Of a stretch of 55,807 bases of DNA, positions 25,585-38,698 are shown in pieces. Position numbers and translations under genes: made by a program. The notes below the pieces were generated by a model that saw nothing but the letters and a program-made list of their open reading frames with translations, was not told where the DNA came from and made no database searches. Numbering within the stretch: position 1 is the stretch's first letter; each line of letters starts with the position of its first letter. The stretch covers positions 1 through 55,807 of the forward strand of contig JTLS01000105.1 in NCBI GenBank assembly GCA_000826855.1, read 5' to 3'. Source of the DNA: Basidioascus undulatus. Its lineage: Eukaryota.

Positions 25585-28500
25585 ATGTCCGCCAACGAGT
25601 CGAGCGCCGCGACAAAGGAGGACGTCGTCATGAATGGCGCGGACACTGCCGTCGCCGAGGCGCCCGCGGCCGAAGAGGCGGCCGACCCGGCGCAGGTCGC
25701 CGCGCTCGACGCGCTGCAGTCGGCGCTGAACACGATCGGCGAGAACCCGTATGCGAGCTACAGCGCGTACGGGGAGGGTGTGAAGGCCGCGCTTGAGCTG
25801 GGCATGGATGGGCAGGCGGACGAGGTATGGGAGCTCTGGGGCAGCGCGTGGGCATTGGGCGAAGGTGAGTTATCAGACGTTTGCCGGTTCACCAGGACGG
25901 TGAACCCGAGTGAACTGATGGATACCCATGGACTTCTACGCACAGACGATCACCTCACGCATCTCAATCGCCTCCTCTCTGCCCCTTCGTCCGACGCCGC
26001 TTCCCTCTCCGCTCTCCACGCCGCCTTTTCCCGCGCTTTCACGGATGTGCCCGGCTCCCTCCGCCTCGCCGAGCTTTACCTGACGCACATGTCCGAGGGA
26101 CACACGCTGGCTCAGGAGGAGGGGGCGTCGGAGGAGGTGAAGGCTGTGTTTGAGGAGCAACGCGTTAGGGAGGCGTTCGCGGAGGCGTACGAGCGGGTAG
26201 AGTGGGACTTGAGCGGGGTAAGTGAATCCCGATTGCGGGTCTAGCTGGATACGGCGCCCTGACATTGCACGGAGTACAGAGCTCTGAGATCTGGAATCGC
26301 TGGAGGGACTGGGAAACTGCTCGGCTGGAGGTGAGGCTTTTCCTTTCATCCCTGCTGCGACAACGGTGGTTGACGTCGCACGCTCAGTCCGACCCCAGGT
26401 CAGTCCTCCCGAATTAAGATCCTTGAATGTCCCCAGTAGACTGATGCATTCCTTCACAGCGCCGACCGGATTTCCTATATACAGAACATGTACCTTGCTC
26501 GTTTGAAAGTCCCCCATGCCAGTGCGTCTTCTTTGGCTGATACCTCTCATCACCCTCCGATTGACGCGTTTTCGGTGGCAACAGAGCACGCCGACACTTT
26601 CCAGGCCTACTCCACCTTCGTCTCCACCTACGACAACTCGTCCTACGAGGGCCACCTCGTCAGCGCCAACAAAGCGTACCAGCCTGCGGTTGCGATCTGG
26701 CAGGCGTACGAGGATTGGGAGATGGCTATCGTGCGGCCACCCTTGACCACCCTTCCCGAGCCTATTGCTGACCCACCTTCCTTCTGACAGTCCGCGTCCC
26801 CGACCCCCGAAGGCTACCTCGCCTACCTCGCGCACGCGATCCACCCACCCGGCAAGCGGGACAAGCCCGAGCCGCGCCTCATCCGCGCCCTGTTCGAGCG
26901 CACCGTGCGCGACACCTTCCCCTTCGCCTCCTCCGCGCAGGACGGCCCCGCCGGCAGCGTGAGCGAGGAGCGCGCGGCGAGCGCCGCGGCCGTGTGGGTC
27001 AAGTACGCCGAGTGGCTAGTGACGGACAAGCAGAAGCCGAATGTCGTGCTCGATGCGGCAGTGCGTGCGACGCGTACGGTGCCGTGGAGCGGGCAGGTGT
27101 GGGAGGAGCTGCTCAGGACGCATGAGAGGTATAACCACCCCGAGGAGGACGCGGAGCGTAAGTCCTACTCTCGACGGGTTCTTCCGCTTTCTGTAGCTGA
27201 CCGGAAGGACCCTCCGCATTCCGTAGAGAGCTACCTGCGCGCTTTGTCCACGACCCTCCTCGACAAGCGTACCGACGATCTCGTTACCCTCGTCTCGGCA
27301 CGCGCGTCGCACTTGCGCCGCAAGGCGGAGGAGTTGGGCGAAGGTGAGCTTCCTCTGTCCAGTTTGTGGTGCTCTTCTTCTGACCTCCATGTAAAATAGG
27401 CGCCGACGCGGTTGTTGCAGTGCTGCAAGATGGGATTGAACGGGTCAAGGAATGTGAGTGTGCGCGCTGTCTTGCAGGCTTTCTGTCGGGTTGCTGACCC
27501 TGGCATTTTTTCCAGCTTCACCGCAAGGCGACGAGCGCTTCCGGCTGGAGAAGTACCTCATGAGCTGGGTAGGTCTTGTTCTGCCATAGCTTTTACTATC
27601 GGACGAGCTGAAACCTCTTTCTGTTGCAGCACGAACGCCAAGGCGAATTCGACGAGATCGCGGCCGTTTGGGAAGCGCTTTCAAAGCAACTGAAGGGCAG
27701 CTACCTGGTCTGGACGGAGTGGGCGGCCTTCGAAGCGTGCGTCTCGTCCTTGTCCCCTTTCCCGCACCGTCTTCGGCTGCCGGTCTGTCTGACGGTGCTT
27801 GAAGCTCAGTCGCCGCGGCAACCCCAACAAAGCGCGCGGCGTGTACAAGTCCGCTTACGCGCGCGGCTATCTCGACTATCCCGAGGCAGTCTTCCAGGCC
27901 TGGACCGAGTTCGAGCAGCTGTACGGCTCGCTCGACACGTCCCAGCAGGCGCGCAACTTGATCGCAAAGCAGATGGAAGTGGTCAACAAGAAGCGGGCGA
28001 GGGTACGACTTTTCTGTCTCCTCCGCGTGCGCGATCGCAACTGACTGACTTCGGCCCGGACCCGCAGGAGTACCAAGCTGCGCAAGCAACCGCCGCGCAG
28101 GGCTACGCCGGCGCCGAGCAATACGCGGCGGCCGCGGCTGCGGCTCCCTCCGCGCAAGACCTGAACGCGATGCTCGTCGACTCCGCTGCTGCTGCTGCTC
28201 CGGCTGAGCAGGCGGCGACGGGAACGAAGCGCAAGGCCGAGTCGGAGCCTGCGCAGGAGAACGCGGAGGAGGCGGAGAGGAGCAAAAAGGCGAAGCTTAC
28301 GCAGGCGACTGAGGGCTTGAAGCGGTACGTTGTCGCGACAGGTGCTGCAGCTGGGGCTTGGGCTGAGGGGTTTGGATGCACAGCGATCGCGAGGGCACGA
28401 CTGTCATCGTCAGCGGGCTGCCAAAGGCTGTGGAGGAGGACGCTGTCCGGAAGCTTTTCCGTGATGTACGTCTTTGCAGCACTGATTCACTATGGTTTTC

Positions 28501-30151
28501 TCACTGGCCTCCCTGCCACTCTCGCACAGTGTGGCAAGATCCGCGAGATCGTCATCAAGAACGTCGGCGAGAACGACGCTGCGACGGTCGAGTTCTTCGA
28601 GCGGGTGCGTCAATCTCCAAGAACCTATCTGGCATCTCCACTCACATCTCCTGGTCGGGCGATACAGAATAGCGTCGTCATCGCGCTCACACGCGACAAG
28701 AAGCGGGTCGGCGAGAACGAAGTCGCGGTGCACATGGGTTGGGCTACCACCCTCTACATCACGAACTTCCCCGAGGGCACGGATGACGAGAAGCTGCGCA
28801 AGATGTTCAGCGAGGTGAGCCGCCCTGTTCCGAGGCAAAATCAAAGTTGTTTCTGATCAGCAGATGGCGCCAGTTCGGCACCATCTTCGATACGCGCTGG
28901 CCGAGCAAATCGCAGAAGGCTTCTCGTCGGTTCGCGTTCTTGCAGTTCGTCAGTGCGGTGTGTCGCCGCACTTCACGACTTCCTTCCGTCGGACTGATTC
29001 GCTGAAACATCTCCGCTGCGCAGGACTCGGCGCAAGCCTCCCTCACCCTCAACGGCAGGGTGCAGGAGCATGGTCACCCGCTGGGCGTCGCCATTGCGGA
29101 TCCGGCAGCTCGGAAGCAGCGTACCGACGTGAACCTGCTCGAGCGCGAGCTTTTTGTGCGCGATCTTGCCCGCAAAACGAGCCGGGAAGACCTCGAGAAG
29201 CTGTTCTCTCCAGTGCGTTCATGTCTGTCGGCCGGCATCATTGCTTAATGCTGACATTTCCGGTGCCATTTGCAGTTTGGCGAGCTCAAGGATATCCGGA
29301 TGGGATTGCGGGATGACGGCACGTGCAAGGGCTTCGCGCACATCGAATACAAAGACGCGGTACGCGTGCCCCTCCCGATTTTGACCTTCCCCGGCTCATC
29401 TGCAGCCGCGCTGGAATAGAAATCTTCCGCTGACGCGCTCTCGCTCAACAACACCGAGTACAAGAGCAAGCGCATCAGCGTCACGCTCGCGGACAAGACG
29501 AAGAAGTACTCTCACCCCCGTCCAAGACCCTGCAATCTCTTCGGTGACTGAATCCTTTTGACATTTAAAGGGTCCAGAAGCAAAGCCGCGAGACATCGAC
29601 GCGGTCGGTCCGTGTCGCGGGTCTTCCGCCCAACGCGAAAGAGGCGCTCATCCAGCAGGAGTTCGAGAAGCTCGCGCCTGTGAAGCGCGTTTGGTACGAG
29701 GAGGGCACGAGCAACATCGCCGTGGTGGAGTTTGTCAGCCAAGCCGTGCGTGTGCTTTTCATTCCTTCATTTCCGGACGTCAAGCTTAGTCACTTTGGAC
29801 GCCGTACAGGATGCCTCTCGCGTCCTGCTCATGCCGCCTCCGACCCTGGACGGCCACGCGCTGAAGCTCTCCGAAGAGTCGGCCTTCAGCCGCCCGGTCG
29901 CCGCTGCGCCCGTCGCGCCCGCGACGCCCGCCGCCTTCCGCCCGCGTGCAACGCGTACAAAGATCGCTACTTCGACCGGTCGGGGGCGCGGGCGCGCTGG
30001 CATTGGCGCGGTTAGCAGGGGAGGTCGTCCGGAGGGAGAGGACGTGTCGATGTCGCCGCCTGCTGTGCCTGCTGCGAACGGCAATGACGGCGCTGAGGCG
30101 AGCGGGTCTGGTGGAAAGACGCAGGAACAGTTTAGGAAGATGCTGGGTTGA
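25585..30151 (+). CDS. PRP24: U4/U6 snRNP recycling factor Prp24/SART3 (HAT repeats, four RRMs, C-terminal Lsm-interaction motif)
   Basis: HAT-like helices (LIRALFERTV, VWVKYAEWL, VPWSGQVW, LDYPEAVFQAWTEFEQLYGSL). RRMs: TTVIVSGLP, TTLYITNFP...RRFAFLQF, ELFVRDL...KGFAHIEY, RSVRVAGLP. C-terminal KTQEQFRKMLG*. Confidence 0.92.
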
Positions 30152-30510
30152 GGCTATACGAGGAGGTTGGGGTGGCTTGAGGGTTAGCAAGTATTGTTCG
30201 TTTGAGCAATGACCGCATTGGACCGCACCAGATCTTTGTGTCTTATCGACTTGTGCTGCTTCGCGTGCAGCACGTCACTGCAAACGGGTATGGTGTATTA
30301 TCACCACACATCTTACAGGCAGTGACGCTATGGCACGCGGACGCCAAAATGCGGTTTGCATTCAAACGTACGATCATGAATACATGCTGGGCGAAAATTC
30401 GGGGAGCATGGCGAAAACTGAGGCGTGAGCGAGAAAAGGGACGAGGTAGAACTGGGTGTCGCGGCCAGTGCTTGGTGGACGGTTCACAGAATAGTGAAAA
30501 TTGAAGAAAA

Positions 30511-31140
30511 CTAGTATAGTTCGACTGCGTCGAAAAACAAACTATGAAACACGGCTGTCGGGATAGGAAATCACGCATTGTAGAGTACCAGACGGGCACG
30601 TACGTTCGGGCTCAAGAACATGTCGCCAGAGTTGCCGGAAATAACGTTGATGCTGATGGTGTTGTCTCCCTCGACTAGCGTGCCTTGCGGAACCGTGTAC
30701 TCGTCTGAGTATTGGCGTCAGCATTTGCCAGATGCAACGCGGAGGGGGAGAAATGTGCTCGGAGCGTGCTCACAGTTCTCGTTGAAGCCATGCCAAGTAC
30801 CTAAGGGAAGCGGTTCAGCCTTTCTCCATGAGCGCAGCGGTTTTGTATCATTACGCACCGCGAGTGACGCCCTGGGAGTTGAGGCTCTTGGGAGGCTCGG
30901 CGCCTTGCTCGTCCAGTTGCTGCAACTTGCGGGCGACCTCCGGCAAAGGAGATGGTCGTGCCGATGTGGAGCGTCCGTTCAGCACCCGCTTGGGAAGATG
31001 TCAGGCTGACTGTGACAAGATGTCAGGCTGACTGTGATCTTAACCGCCTTATTTACGCCTTTGAAGCTGAGAAGAACGAGGCCATGAGGAGCGGTGACGG
31101 TATTTGGGAATCTGAAAGCTCAGTGCACACTGCCACTGTA
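30511..31140 (-). pseudogene. Rhamnogalacturonan lyase (polysaccharide lyase family 4), 3' relic
   Basis: Spliced minus-strand reading: [111 protein letters not shown], matching the fungal RG-lyase C-terminal domain as I know it. Several frameshifts, and no recognisable 5' part. Confidence 0.88.
30995..31038. repeat. 22-bp tandem duplication
   Basis: aagatgtcaggctgactgtgac followed by aagatgtcaggctgactgtgat. Confidence 0.95.
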
Positions 31141-31604
31141 GTTGGGGTTCCGTCAGACCGGAGCATCGAGTATGTTAGAATGAAGGCGTAAAGTGAAACA
31201 GGCGAGCAAGGAACCTGTAACTTCTAAACTAGCACTGAGTCCTTGACACCTATCAATGTGTCGACGCACGCGGGGCAGAAGTATTGACGACACCTGTGAA
31301 TTTTGATGCACCCGACCGCCCCCAGAACTTAAACCAAATCACTTTAGCGCAGATCACAAGATGCTGTCTGTTGCTACAATGGACATCACGAGTCCTCTTG
31401 TGGAGTCGCGTACGCACTGCCGACGTCTTCCAACTCATGACCTGGTCTCTGACGCACTCGGTTTGAGCAATTCGATATAGCCATGTATAATTCCATTAAG
31501 TCATACAGATATGCGAGTACGTTATCAAATAGGTCATAGCAAGTCGTCAAGCGAGCAACATCGTCATTGAGCAGGAGCCTTTCTCCATGGCCTCTGCGCG
31601 TTTC

Positions 31605-32088
31605 TCAGTAGACACGCATCTTCTCCTTCTTGCGCCGCCCACGCGTCGCCTTAGATGGGATTCCGAGATTGTACCGGAGCCTGGACATGAGGGACGGGCG
31701 CCATCCGTGAGCAGAGTAGCCCATCGAGTGCAGCTCTGTTGGGTCCCAGCCGGCCTTTGTCACTCCAGAAAACCCTTGATGGGCGTATTTTCAAGAGAGT
31801 GCTCACCGTGCTTGGCATGGCTCCGCCCATCGCGTGTGGTGGCCGGATTAGACAGAGCAGCCTGTGTCGAAATGCATGAGCATTTTGGGCCCGCGCGCAG
31901 GCAAGCGACCAACAACAGACCTTCAAACCAGCGGTGCGCCTTTGCTTGTTCGGGCGGTGGAAGAGTCCACGTCGACGTCCGGATGTGGTAGTGGTGGAGT
32001 GTGTCGTGCGACGGTGGTGATACCGGTGATGTATATCAGCTGTGTGCGGTGCTGCTGCATGGCGGTGTGAGCGGCGGAAGAGAGGCAT
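31605..32088 (-). CDS. Small basic His/Arg-rich protein with a Con-6 (conidiation protein 6)-like motif
   Basis: Three exons: MPLFRRSHRH...RRTAGLK/AALSNPATTRDGRSHAKH/ELHSMGY...RYNLGIPSKATRGRRKKEKMRVY*. GLKAALSNP is the Con-6-like signature. Confidence 0.75.
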
Positions 32089-32179
32089 CGTGGTGTGAAA
32101 TATAGTCGTTGTGTGTCGATTGGGAGGTGTGGTGTTGAGTGGAAGGACAGATTGCCACTCGGTTGACTCCATCAGCTCT

Positions 32180-32260
32180 TATAAATAACGGTCTACCTTG
32201 GAGCGCAGCAAGTTCTGGCAGCGACGGTGAAGAGGAGAAAAAGCGGAACTGACGTCAGTT
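32180..32260 (-). promoter_or_regulatory. TATA box and palindromic CRE/ATF site upstream of the Con-6-like gene
   Basis: TATTTATA on the minus strand at 32180-32187, ~90 bp before the ATG. Perfect palindrome AACTGACGTCAGTT at 32247-32260. Confidence 0.6.
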
Positions 32261-33482
32261 TGCACGCGAGAGAAGGAGGGAGGGTGACACGAACGCCATG
32301 CGCGGCTTGTACCCAACGCTCCCCAGTACGAGATCAAGTTTCTTCTCGTATATGACGGACGGCCTGACGTAGGATTAAGATCCTTGGGGATGCGGGATAT
32401 GCGGGATGTGGAAGCCAGAAGAGGTTACAGCCAGCCGTGGGGCCGGCAGGGCCAGTCTGTCCAGACGAGGTCGAACGGCACAATCCCCAGCTAAGCTGAG
32501 TGCTCTTGCACGCAGGCGTTATTGTGGTAAATCTTTTTGCTAGTATATGGGACAGATCACATCAATGCGAAGGTCGAGGAACATAAGGAAGGTAGCCAGA
32601 TTGAGCTAGAATGCGAGCGCGGCAAGATAACAAGTCTGGGGACTCCAGAGACGACTGGGCAACAGTCATAGTCTCTGCAAACTACGAGCACCATTCACTA
32701 TAAGATACAGTCATATACTGCTTAATATCTAGACGAGCTTAACCTGAAGTCAAGTGTGTGAGGGAGAATGTCTTCAAGTTGGACATCGTAGGCCTATTAG
32801 AAAAGTCTGGGGACCTTCAAGAATGGGTCCTTGCGTCTCCAACCTCCATCTTGTTCACATAAGCCGACAATTCACACTGAGATCGAAGGAAGATTATGAA
32901 GGTGATGGTGATATGGGCGAGGCAGCCCAGCAGCCGCACTTGCGTTGAGTGACACCCTGGACTGCTGACGGTGACCACAACTGAGAAGAATACCAACGAA
33001 AACGTCAGTAAGACTCAGTTGAATCCCGATGGCAAGCTTCATGAACTTGGGTGAGTTGTTTCGCACCCAGGAGTACCGGTACGAGTGCAGGGAAGTTAAT
33101 GTTTAGCGACCGTGAAACAAAGGATCTAGCAAGATCATCGACGCACCACCCTTGATACCAATGCAACAAACATAGGCTTTCATTAAAGTTTCAGACACTT
33201 GCGGTGTGAGTCTGGGATCGCACGATTTTGCACGATTCGAGTCTGTAATCGTAGTGCTCAACTGCATCTTCTTAGTGCCTAAGGCAGCGGTTTATGTGCA
33301 GGTACCCCTTGTCAACCCACTGATCTGTATTTTTCCACGGTAGGCTTTGCAGTGCCTGCCGCGATGACCAGTCTCCAACTGTCCGGCTGGACTTACAGAC
33401 AAGATTCAAAACTCCATCCGAAACCTGCAGCAAGTCCACAACCTCGTTCGTTGATGCTTTCATGTTTCTTTGCCTGCACGCA

Positions 33483-33755
33483 ATGCCTGATACATTCACG
33501 CTCACAGCTCCGCTCCCAACTCCAAGAAGAGCCAACAGTCGCCTCTCCACGATGCAAATCCAAGTCTCATCGGCTACCTCGACGCTGCGCCAACGTCGCG
33601 CCGAGCTCGACCACGCGCGCACCGAGATCTTCCGCTCAGTCGTGCAGGCCCAGCAAGGGCAAACGCTCCCGCCGCCTCCGGTGTACGGCTTTGCGGTCCC
33701 GCCGCAGGTGGGAGAAGAGGGAGGGAGGCCGAGCCCGCTTCGAGGAACAGCTTGA
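33483..33755 (+). CDS. Small orphan protein (~90 aa) with short coiled coil and PPPPVY motif
   Basis: Single-exon ORF MPDTFTLTAP...TLRQRRAELDHARTEIFRSVV...LPPPPVYGF...GTA* with GC3-rich codons like the neighbouring true genes. Confidence 0.5.
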   Translation: MPDTFTLTAPLPTPRRANSRLSTMQIQVSSATSTLRQRRAELDHARTEIFRSVVQAQQGQTLPPPPVYGFAVPPQVGEEGGRPSPLRGTA

Positions 33756-34232
33756 ATCCGTATGCGGCGCATATGGTGAGGAGGAAAGACGCTGTTGCAG
33801 CAGCGTGAGGGCATGGGGTCAGGCGAGGAGCAGGACGAGCTATCCAAACACATTTTATACTTCTTCCATCTCCGAAGACTGGAAGCAGTGGCAGTGGCTG
33901 TCAGCTTTCACAGCTCGTGCCCAATACAGTGTCTCTGTTCCTGCCAGACAGTACGACTGCCTTCTGCAAAACGCTTCCCAAACCGGCTTAATATTCTTAA
34001 TTCATACCTAATATCTTTCCCTTTTGGCAGTTGAGTCGACGATTGTGGGTGAATTGCGTGCAAAAAAGGTGAAACTGTGAAAGTGCCGATTGCATCCGAG
34101 GTCGAACCGTGGAAATCGGCAGCGCGCTTGCGCGGTCCCTCACGTCGTCACTTGCCGACATCCCATCGCAGCGCTCGCCCTCCTCATTCCAGCTTCCCTT
34201 TATTTACTCCCATACGACACCAGCACACAAAT

Positions 34233-35773
34233 ATGAACTCCTTCGTCGAGCAGCTGAACCGCAAGCCGCAATATGACGCCGCGGTGGAGGAGGACGAGCT
34301 GTTTGACTCGCCCGCGGGCGCGTCCTGGGGGTCCACAAGCGGGTTTGGGAATCTGACGGCGAAGGGGCCGTCGTTCCAATTGCCTACGACTGAAGACGTG
34401 CGTAATCTTCCCATAAAATACCCCCTGTGCAGCGGAGTGCTCATCGTAGAGGAGAGAGCAGCCCACCGCCTTCCTTCGCCTGCACACGGACGAGGCTTCG
34501 GACCCCAGCTGCAGGATCAAGATCAACCACGGCACGACCACCCTTGCGTTCAAGTTCCAGGGCGGTGTCATTGTTGCCGTAGACTCGCGTGCAACGGCGG
34601 GCAGCTACATCGGTGTGCTTAGGATTCAGGGGGAGTGGTGTGGGTGGAACTTGTGCTGATGGGAATGCGATGCTGCAGCTTCGGGTACCGTCAAGAAGGG
34701 TCAGTATCGGCTTTGGCGTTGTGTAACGGGACTAGAGCTGACTGTTGCTGACGGGGTGGAACAACAGTGATTGAGATCAACCCCTACCTCCTCGGCACCA
34801 TGGCGGGCGGTGCGGCGGACTGCCAGTACTGGGAGACGTACCTCGGCATTCAATGCCGCCTGCACGAGCTGCGGAACAAGGTGCGTCGCTTCGGAAGAGG
34901 AAATGGCAGCATCGCGGCTCATCGGGAGTCGCTTGGGTTCTTGCGGGTATCAGGAGCGTATCTCGGTTGCGGCGGCGAGCAAGTACCTGAGCAATCTGGT
35001 GTACAGCTACAAGGGGCGGGGTCTGAGCATGGTGCACCGACTGCTTCTTTTTTCCATCGATGGCACTTGGCGGGGTCTGACTTGAAGCGTGGCCCCGGCC
35101 GGCAGGGTACCATGATCTGCGGCTGGGACAAGACGGGCCCCGCGATCTGGTATGTCGACTCGGACGGCTCCCGCCTCTCGGGCAACCTGTTCTCCGTCGG
35201 CTCCGGCTCGACTTTCGCGTACGGTGTGCTCGACCAAGGGTACCGCTACGACTTGACAGACGACGAGGCGCTTGAGCTTGGGCGGAGGAGCATCTGTGCG
35301 TGGCTGCTTCATCACGTTATTGTGCTGCTTTGTGGGCTTGGGCTGACTCGGTGGATCATTCCTATCCTTCCAGATGCGGCGGGTCACGTACGTAGCTCAT
35401 CAGATCGAAGGCAGGCATCATCCTAGCGCCTTGACTGACACGGTCCCTCTTTTGTAGCGCGACGCGTACTCGGGCAACACCATCAACCTGTATATCGTGA
35501 AGGAGCAAGGGTTCGTTCACCTTCTGCCCCTCGACCCTTTGCTTTCTCCCCTTGCCTCTTTCTTCCCGCCCTCGCGCTCTCATCTCTCAACCTGTTCCGC
35601 CGCTGACGCACGCGTTCCCCGACAGCTGGCAACACAAGGGCACGATCGACGTGAACCAGCTGCACTACGGCGACTACCAGCCGACCAAGGAGAACGAGTT
35701 CCGCGCTCCCGACGAGCCTTACGGATACGAGGTCCGCGTTCAGCGCCAGCAAGCCGTCGCGGCGCAGGCGTGA
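34233..35773 (+). CDS. PRE2: 20S proteasome subunit beta5 (chymotrypsin-like)
   Basis: Propeptide then [57 protein letters not shown] and RDAYSG. Confidence 0.97.
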
Positions 35774-36019
35774 GGCCCGCGGAGGGGTGATGGGGAGGAA
35801 GGAGGGTGCCGCGAGATAGGTGGTGTCTGAGATACAACGAAACGACCATGAGCATGCCTGGTGGCGTCTGTTCTGTGGGCATGAGAGGGCCTCGCAAAAT
35901 GCGCTCGACGCTCTGAAAGATGAGGCCTGCGGATGTTGGGGTGACCCTCAAGTCAACCTTCGCAGGCCTTCGAGTTGTTGACTGCCGTGGGGGATTTTTT
36001 CATGGGGTCGCCTGAGACT

Positions 36020-38000
36020 AATCTGAATGTCGATCTGGAGCACGTAACGACCAATATTGGAATGGGTGGAGTTTGGGAATATGGAAGAGGCAGCTGGACA
36101 GCTTCTCACGGACGCTTGGCCTCAGCGCGTCTACGAGACTATCGATATACTCAGTCGGTTTCAGAGCGCCCACACGATCTCTGAGGAGGCAAAGAGGTGC
36201 TCAAGGAGGCAGACGCACGGACTGTCGTATGTCATCGTCAATGGTGGAATCCATGCTCCAGCGACAAGATGCCTTCCTCCCCCGCCCCTGTATGACCCAC
36301 ATATGCCCATGAAAGAACCCGTAATACCGAGAAATGAAAGACGAATTGTGTCGGAAGTTCGGACGACGAATGCGGCCGGCGTCTAGTACAGCCTTCAGGT
36401 CAACATAGACGAAAGGACCGCTGCGGCTTCTGCGTGTGGCTCACAACAAAGTCAGGGCTCACCCAGATCGGAGAACACTTCATGATTGAGTAAGGCTTAC
36501 TCCGTGAATAACTAGGGCTAGATGGCGCACAAGGGCTATGGGAACCCGCTGGGCGGTTAGGAGGTCGAGGCGCCGGAGGTAACGCTAACGATGCGGATGG
36601 GGTGCGGGCAATTGAGCGCTGGTCCGACTCGATAGAGTAGGCCCCGACGGATGCAGATGCGGATGAGGATTGAATGGGCATTTTTGGTACACAGGTTGAA
36701 CGGGGTATGGAAGGTCCCGCGGGAAGGGTAAGACCGTCGGTATACATTGGGGAGACTTAGAGGACCAAGATGATGAAGGGATGAGCTCGTCTCTGAAGAG
36801 CTGCAGCTGAATTTAAAACTTACATGTATGTGTCTAGCAATTTCCAGTTTCTTCGAGAGGCAAAGACTGTTGCAGACGCCGGACGGATGGCTCGACTGCC
36901 AGCTCGCACGTTGACGCACGCGGATGGGGACCTTCGAGAGAGTCTCGAGAGGGGAAAGCGCAACCAGCTTTGTCAACCACAGGCCGGCGCCCTTATCGGC
37001 CGGACGAAGAACGCAGAGATTCAGATTCCGCGATCATCTAACGCTCACTGTGCAGACTCTGAGCCTGGACAAGTCATGTGGTCGCGGCTCGCTGAGTTTC
37101 CCAAGACCTTCTTCAATATTCCGCCTTGCCTCCTCATCATGATGCGTACGCGGAAGGTCAAGCCGTTTCTTTCTTTTCAGAAACCGGTGCATGGTGATAG
37201 CTTGTGGGGGTGCGGAGCGCCGAGCTGACGTGCGAGCGAGACCTGACGTGAGCATGGAGCAAGCTTGCCAGTTTGTGCCAGTACTTTCTGGATAGTTCAG
37301 TCAAACGTGATGGCAGCGGCCGAGTGAGTGCGCCCTCCCAGTACACAAGGGGAGTACCTTGCTTCTGAGTGTCTAGCAGTGCAGCTTGCAAGCTCACGAG
37401 AGCGCCGACAACGAAAAGAACGTCGGTAATATGTATGGTGCTGTGATGACGGTAGTTCCGCAGGTGTACGCGTCCCACAAGCTTTCGCGTGCAGCAGGTC
37501 TAGTCAGCATTTCTTTGTACCGGGCCAGAGAGCTTGGTGTTGCCACTTCACATCGGGAACGATGCGAAGACATGGTGGAAGATGTGGCGTGGCGGCTTCC
37601 CACCGTTGCCGGCTCAAAGGCTGAGGTGCAGCACAACGACGATCAACCCCGTGCGCTCTTCAGAGTTGTCTGATCGGCAAGGTTCAGGACGATGTGAAGA
37701 GTCTCACCAAAAAAAAAGCAGAGCCTCGTGTGCTTCGTCCGGAGAGTGGCCCGGACGTCCTCAAATGGCGTTATCCGCAACAGCTCAGGACCATGTGCAT
37801 GTCAATGCCGCCCGGCCGTCCTACTTCCTTCACACAATCGCATGTGCCGCACGCCGACCGCAGTGGCTGCTTGTGCAACTCCTTATCTGCATTCTGGTCA
37901 TGCACAGTCTTTCACTCGCCAAGCTCACAGGCGCCTCGTGTCTGGTCTCACGCGCACAGCACATGTAGCGGATTGCTTTCGTTTGACTGCTTGGTGAGCG
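36020..38000. other. Unresolved region with coding-like, intron-punctuated fragments (probable gene relic)
   Basis: Minus-strand pieces such as GPFVYVDLKAVLDAGRIRR and LKPTEYIDSLVDALRPSVREKL are flanked by GT/AG signals but interrupted by stops. No family recognised. Confidence 0.2.
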
Positions 38001-38698
38001 TACCAAAGAGTGGACATCCCAGGTGCTCGCTTGGCATCATGAGCAAGTGAAGACGGCCCGAAGCGGACGGAGGTGTCAACATGAGCCATCGGGCATGCTC
38101 AGCGGACGCGGGGGGTGTTGGGCGACCGAGCTCTCAGCGTGCTATCTATCACATGAATGAGTTGATGCGGATGTGACAGAAGGTGTTTCGCGGAACGGCA
38201 TCATTCCGCTCATTGCCGCACACAAATCGCAATGTCTTGCGCTAGCATAACGAAAGGTGGTGGGGGGTTCAGATGTTGACGGTGAAGAGACCGCCGCTGG
38301 CGCAACTGGGTGCTGCGGCCAGAAACGATGAAGCTATTCTGTCGCTGGCCCGCCTGCTTGCCCAAGAGATAAAGACGACTGTTGACAACCCCTCGTGGTA
38401 TTCCCTCGACGCATCTCTTCTTTCATCTCATTGCCACACCCAGCCAACTTGCACGCACATTTGCACACAAACTTGCCCACAAACCGCATACTCGCTCTGT
38501 GCACACCGACCACAACGTCCTCGCTACACACATCTTTCCGTTCGTCGTTCTGAATTCGATCGCAATCAGTGAGTCGTGAGAGATAGTTACCACTGCTTGG
38601 ATCTGCGGTGGGGATCGCACTCAAGCTCGCCAAGTTCCTGGACATGAACGCTTGCTGAACTTCTTAATTCGTTCCTCGCCATGCCCAGAGGCATAACA

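Noticed and set aside
30995..31038. Palindromic direct repeat as a CRISPR-like array
   Set aside because: Only two abutting units with no spacers, in a eukaryotic context inside a pseudogene exon.
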